Made by a program: the position numbers and the translations under genes. 24,000 nt of DNA, taken from assembly GCA_963677445.2 (NCBI GenBank), contig CAXXGF010000007.1:1-24000 (forward strand), given 5' to 3'. Of this stretch, positions 22,931-24,000 are shown in pieces. The stretch's first letter is position 1. Each line of letters opens with the position of its first letter. This DNA comes from Melioribacteraceae bacterium. GTDB taxonomy: Bacteria > Bacteroidota > Ignavibacteria > Ignavibacteriales > Melioribacteraceae. The notes under the pieces are model-generated. The model worked only from the letters and a program-made list of their open reading frames with translations. It had not been told where the DNA came from and searched no databases.

Positions 22931-23290
22931 TCAGAACGCGTTTTCATAATGATTTGTGTTAAATCTGTTCTTTTCATCTCTGTAAATCGCAATAACGTCA
23001 ATTCTGCACTCAGTGTCTGTGATCTCTCTCTCATATAACCAGGCCTGCGCAATTTTTTTTATCTGCGCCTGCTTCTGTTTTGTCACTGAATATTCCGGCC
23101 TTCCATATTCCAGCGATTTTCGGTATTTAACCTCCACAAATACTATCGTTTCTCCATCTTTTGCAATAAGGTCTAATTCACCATGCCCAAAATGGTAGTT
23201 TTCCTCCAGTATTATATATCCTTTTTTAAGCAGGAATTTTTTGGCGAGTTCCTCTCCGTAACTTCCTTTATTCCTGGTAGATTCATTCAT
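22931..23290 (-). CDS. yraN: YraN-family (UPF0102) PD-(D/E)xK endonuclease-like protein
   Basis: GSYGEELAKKFLLKKGYIILEENYHFGHGELDLIAKDGETIVFVEVKYR matches the YraN family signature. Its start overlaps the rnhB stop by 1 nt (TGATG). Confidence 0.85.
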   Translation of the reverse strand: MNESTRNKGSYGEELAKKFLLKKGYIILEENYHFGHGELDLIAKDGETIVFVEVKYRKSLEYGRPEYSVTKQKQAQIKKIAQAWLYEREITDTECRIDVIAIYRDEKNRFNTNHYENAF

Positions 23291-23910
23291 CAGAATAACA
23301 CCGTTTGTTTTTCGGATTCAAGGATTTTCCCGCAGAAACTTTTCCTGTGGTATGGAGAAAGACCAAATTTTAATACCGCTTCCCTGTGTTCTTTAGTAGG
23401 ATATCCTTTATTCTGTTTCCAGTTATAAACAGGATATTCTTCCGAAAGTTTCACCATGATCCTGTCCCGTGTTACCTTTGCGATAATTGACGCCGCCGCA
23501 ATAGAGAATGATAATGAGTCTCCTTTTATTATCGCTTCGACCGGGATATCGGACGTAAAAGTTTTATTGCCATCTATCAGGATTATTCCCGGTTGCGGAT
23601 CAAGCCGTGAGACCGATTCTTTCATTGCCAGAAGTGACGCCTGAAGAATATTAATATCATCGATCTTATAATTATCGATAACAGAAACGCCGACCGAAAG
23701 GGCATTCAGTTCTATCAAATCAAATAATTTCTCTCTTTTGCTTTCGGTGAGTTTTTTACTGTCATTTATTCCTTCTATCCTTGTGTCCGGCCTGAAAACC
23801 ACCGCCGCGGCGACAACCGGACCTGCCAGGGGTCCCCGGCCTGCTTCATCAGTTCCCCCTATCAGTTCATATCCCTCCCGGTAATATTTTTTTTCAAACT
23901 GAAATATCAA
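23290..23910 (-). CDS. rnhB: Ribonuclease HII
   Basis: It has GGTDEAGRGPLAGPVVAAAVV (DEAGRG metal-binding motif), INDSKKL and IAAASIIAKVTRD. The start is a TTG at 23910, and there is no in-frame ATG upstream before a stop. Confidence 0.93.
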   Translation of the reverse strand: MIFQFEKKYYREGYELIGGTDEAGRGPLAGPVVAAAVVFRPDTRIEGINDSKKLTESKREKLFDLIELNALSVGVSVIDNYKIDDINILQASLLAMKESVSRLDPQPGIILIDGNKTFTSDIPVEAIIKGDSLSFSIAAASIIAKVTRDRIMVKLSEEYPVYNWKQNKGYPTKEHREAVLKFGLSPYHRKSFCGKILESEKQTVLF

Positions 23911-24000
23911 ATTATGGTCCCGGTATACACAGCCGCCATTCCGAATAACATATTAAGTTTCAGGAGGAAGCTTATTTTGTTTAATGATTTACCTGTCTGA

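Noticed and set aside
23962-24000. AGGAGG at 23962-23967 and an ATG at 23984 that might start a plus-strand gene running off the window.
   Set aside because: Only 5 codons are visible. The SD-ATG spacing (16 nt) is long, and the better-spaced TTG at 23976 terminates after 7 codons.

Overview
The window comes from a Gram-negative-type, moderately AT-rich genome. It has an Mla lipid-transport operon, lipoprotein and signal peptides, and Shine-Dalgarno-like RBSs. The lineage cannot be fixed from sequence alone. Core genes are the 3' part of corA, a GH13 amylase-family lipoprotein plus a tricorn-like S41 protease (+ strand), and mlaE-mlaF-mlaD plus a small acidic ORF, yraN and rnhB (- strand).

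There are two accessory stretches. (i) About 690-2550 holds an ORF-free gap full of hairpin and inverted-repeat elements, an intact Phd/VapC toxin-antitoxin pair, and an inverted copy of a mosaic repeat carrying three hexanucleotide microsatellites. (ii) About 7410-19890 is a roughly 12.5-kb minus-strand defence/TA island with no integrase, transposase or tRNA.

The island core is a five-gene, start/stop-overlapping operon: hsdR, a DUF1016 (YhcG-like) PD-(D/E)xK nuclease, hsdS, a PrrC-like anticodon-nuclease ATPase, and hsdM. An intact parD and a nonsense-decayed parE abut hsdR on its upstream side. Further upstream lie a DUF2283 gene and a relE-like (frameshifted) / HTH-antitoxin / KilA-N (frameshifted) operon.

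The modules are separated by copies of one non-coding mosaic repeat family. It carries two conserved tetraloop hairpins, one supported by a compensatory base-pair change between copies. I found no rRNA, tRNA or CRISPR array. All family assignments come from motif recognition by eye, and no database search was run.
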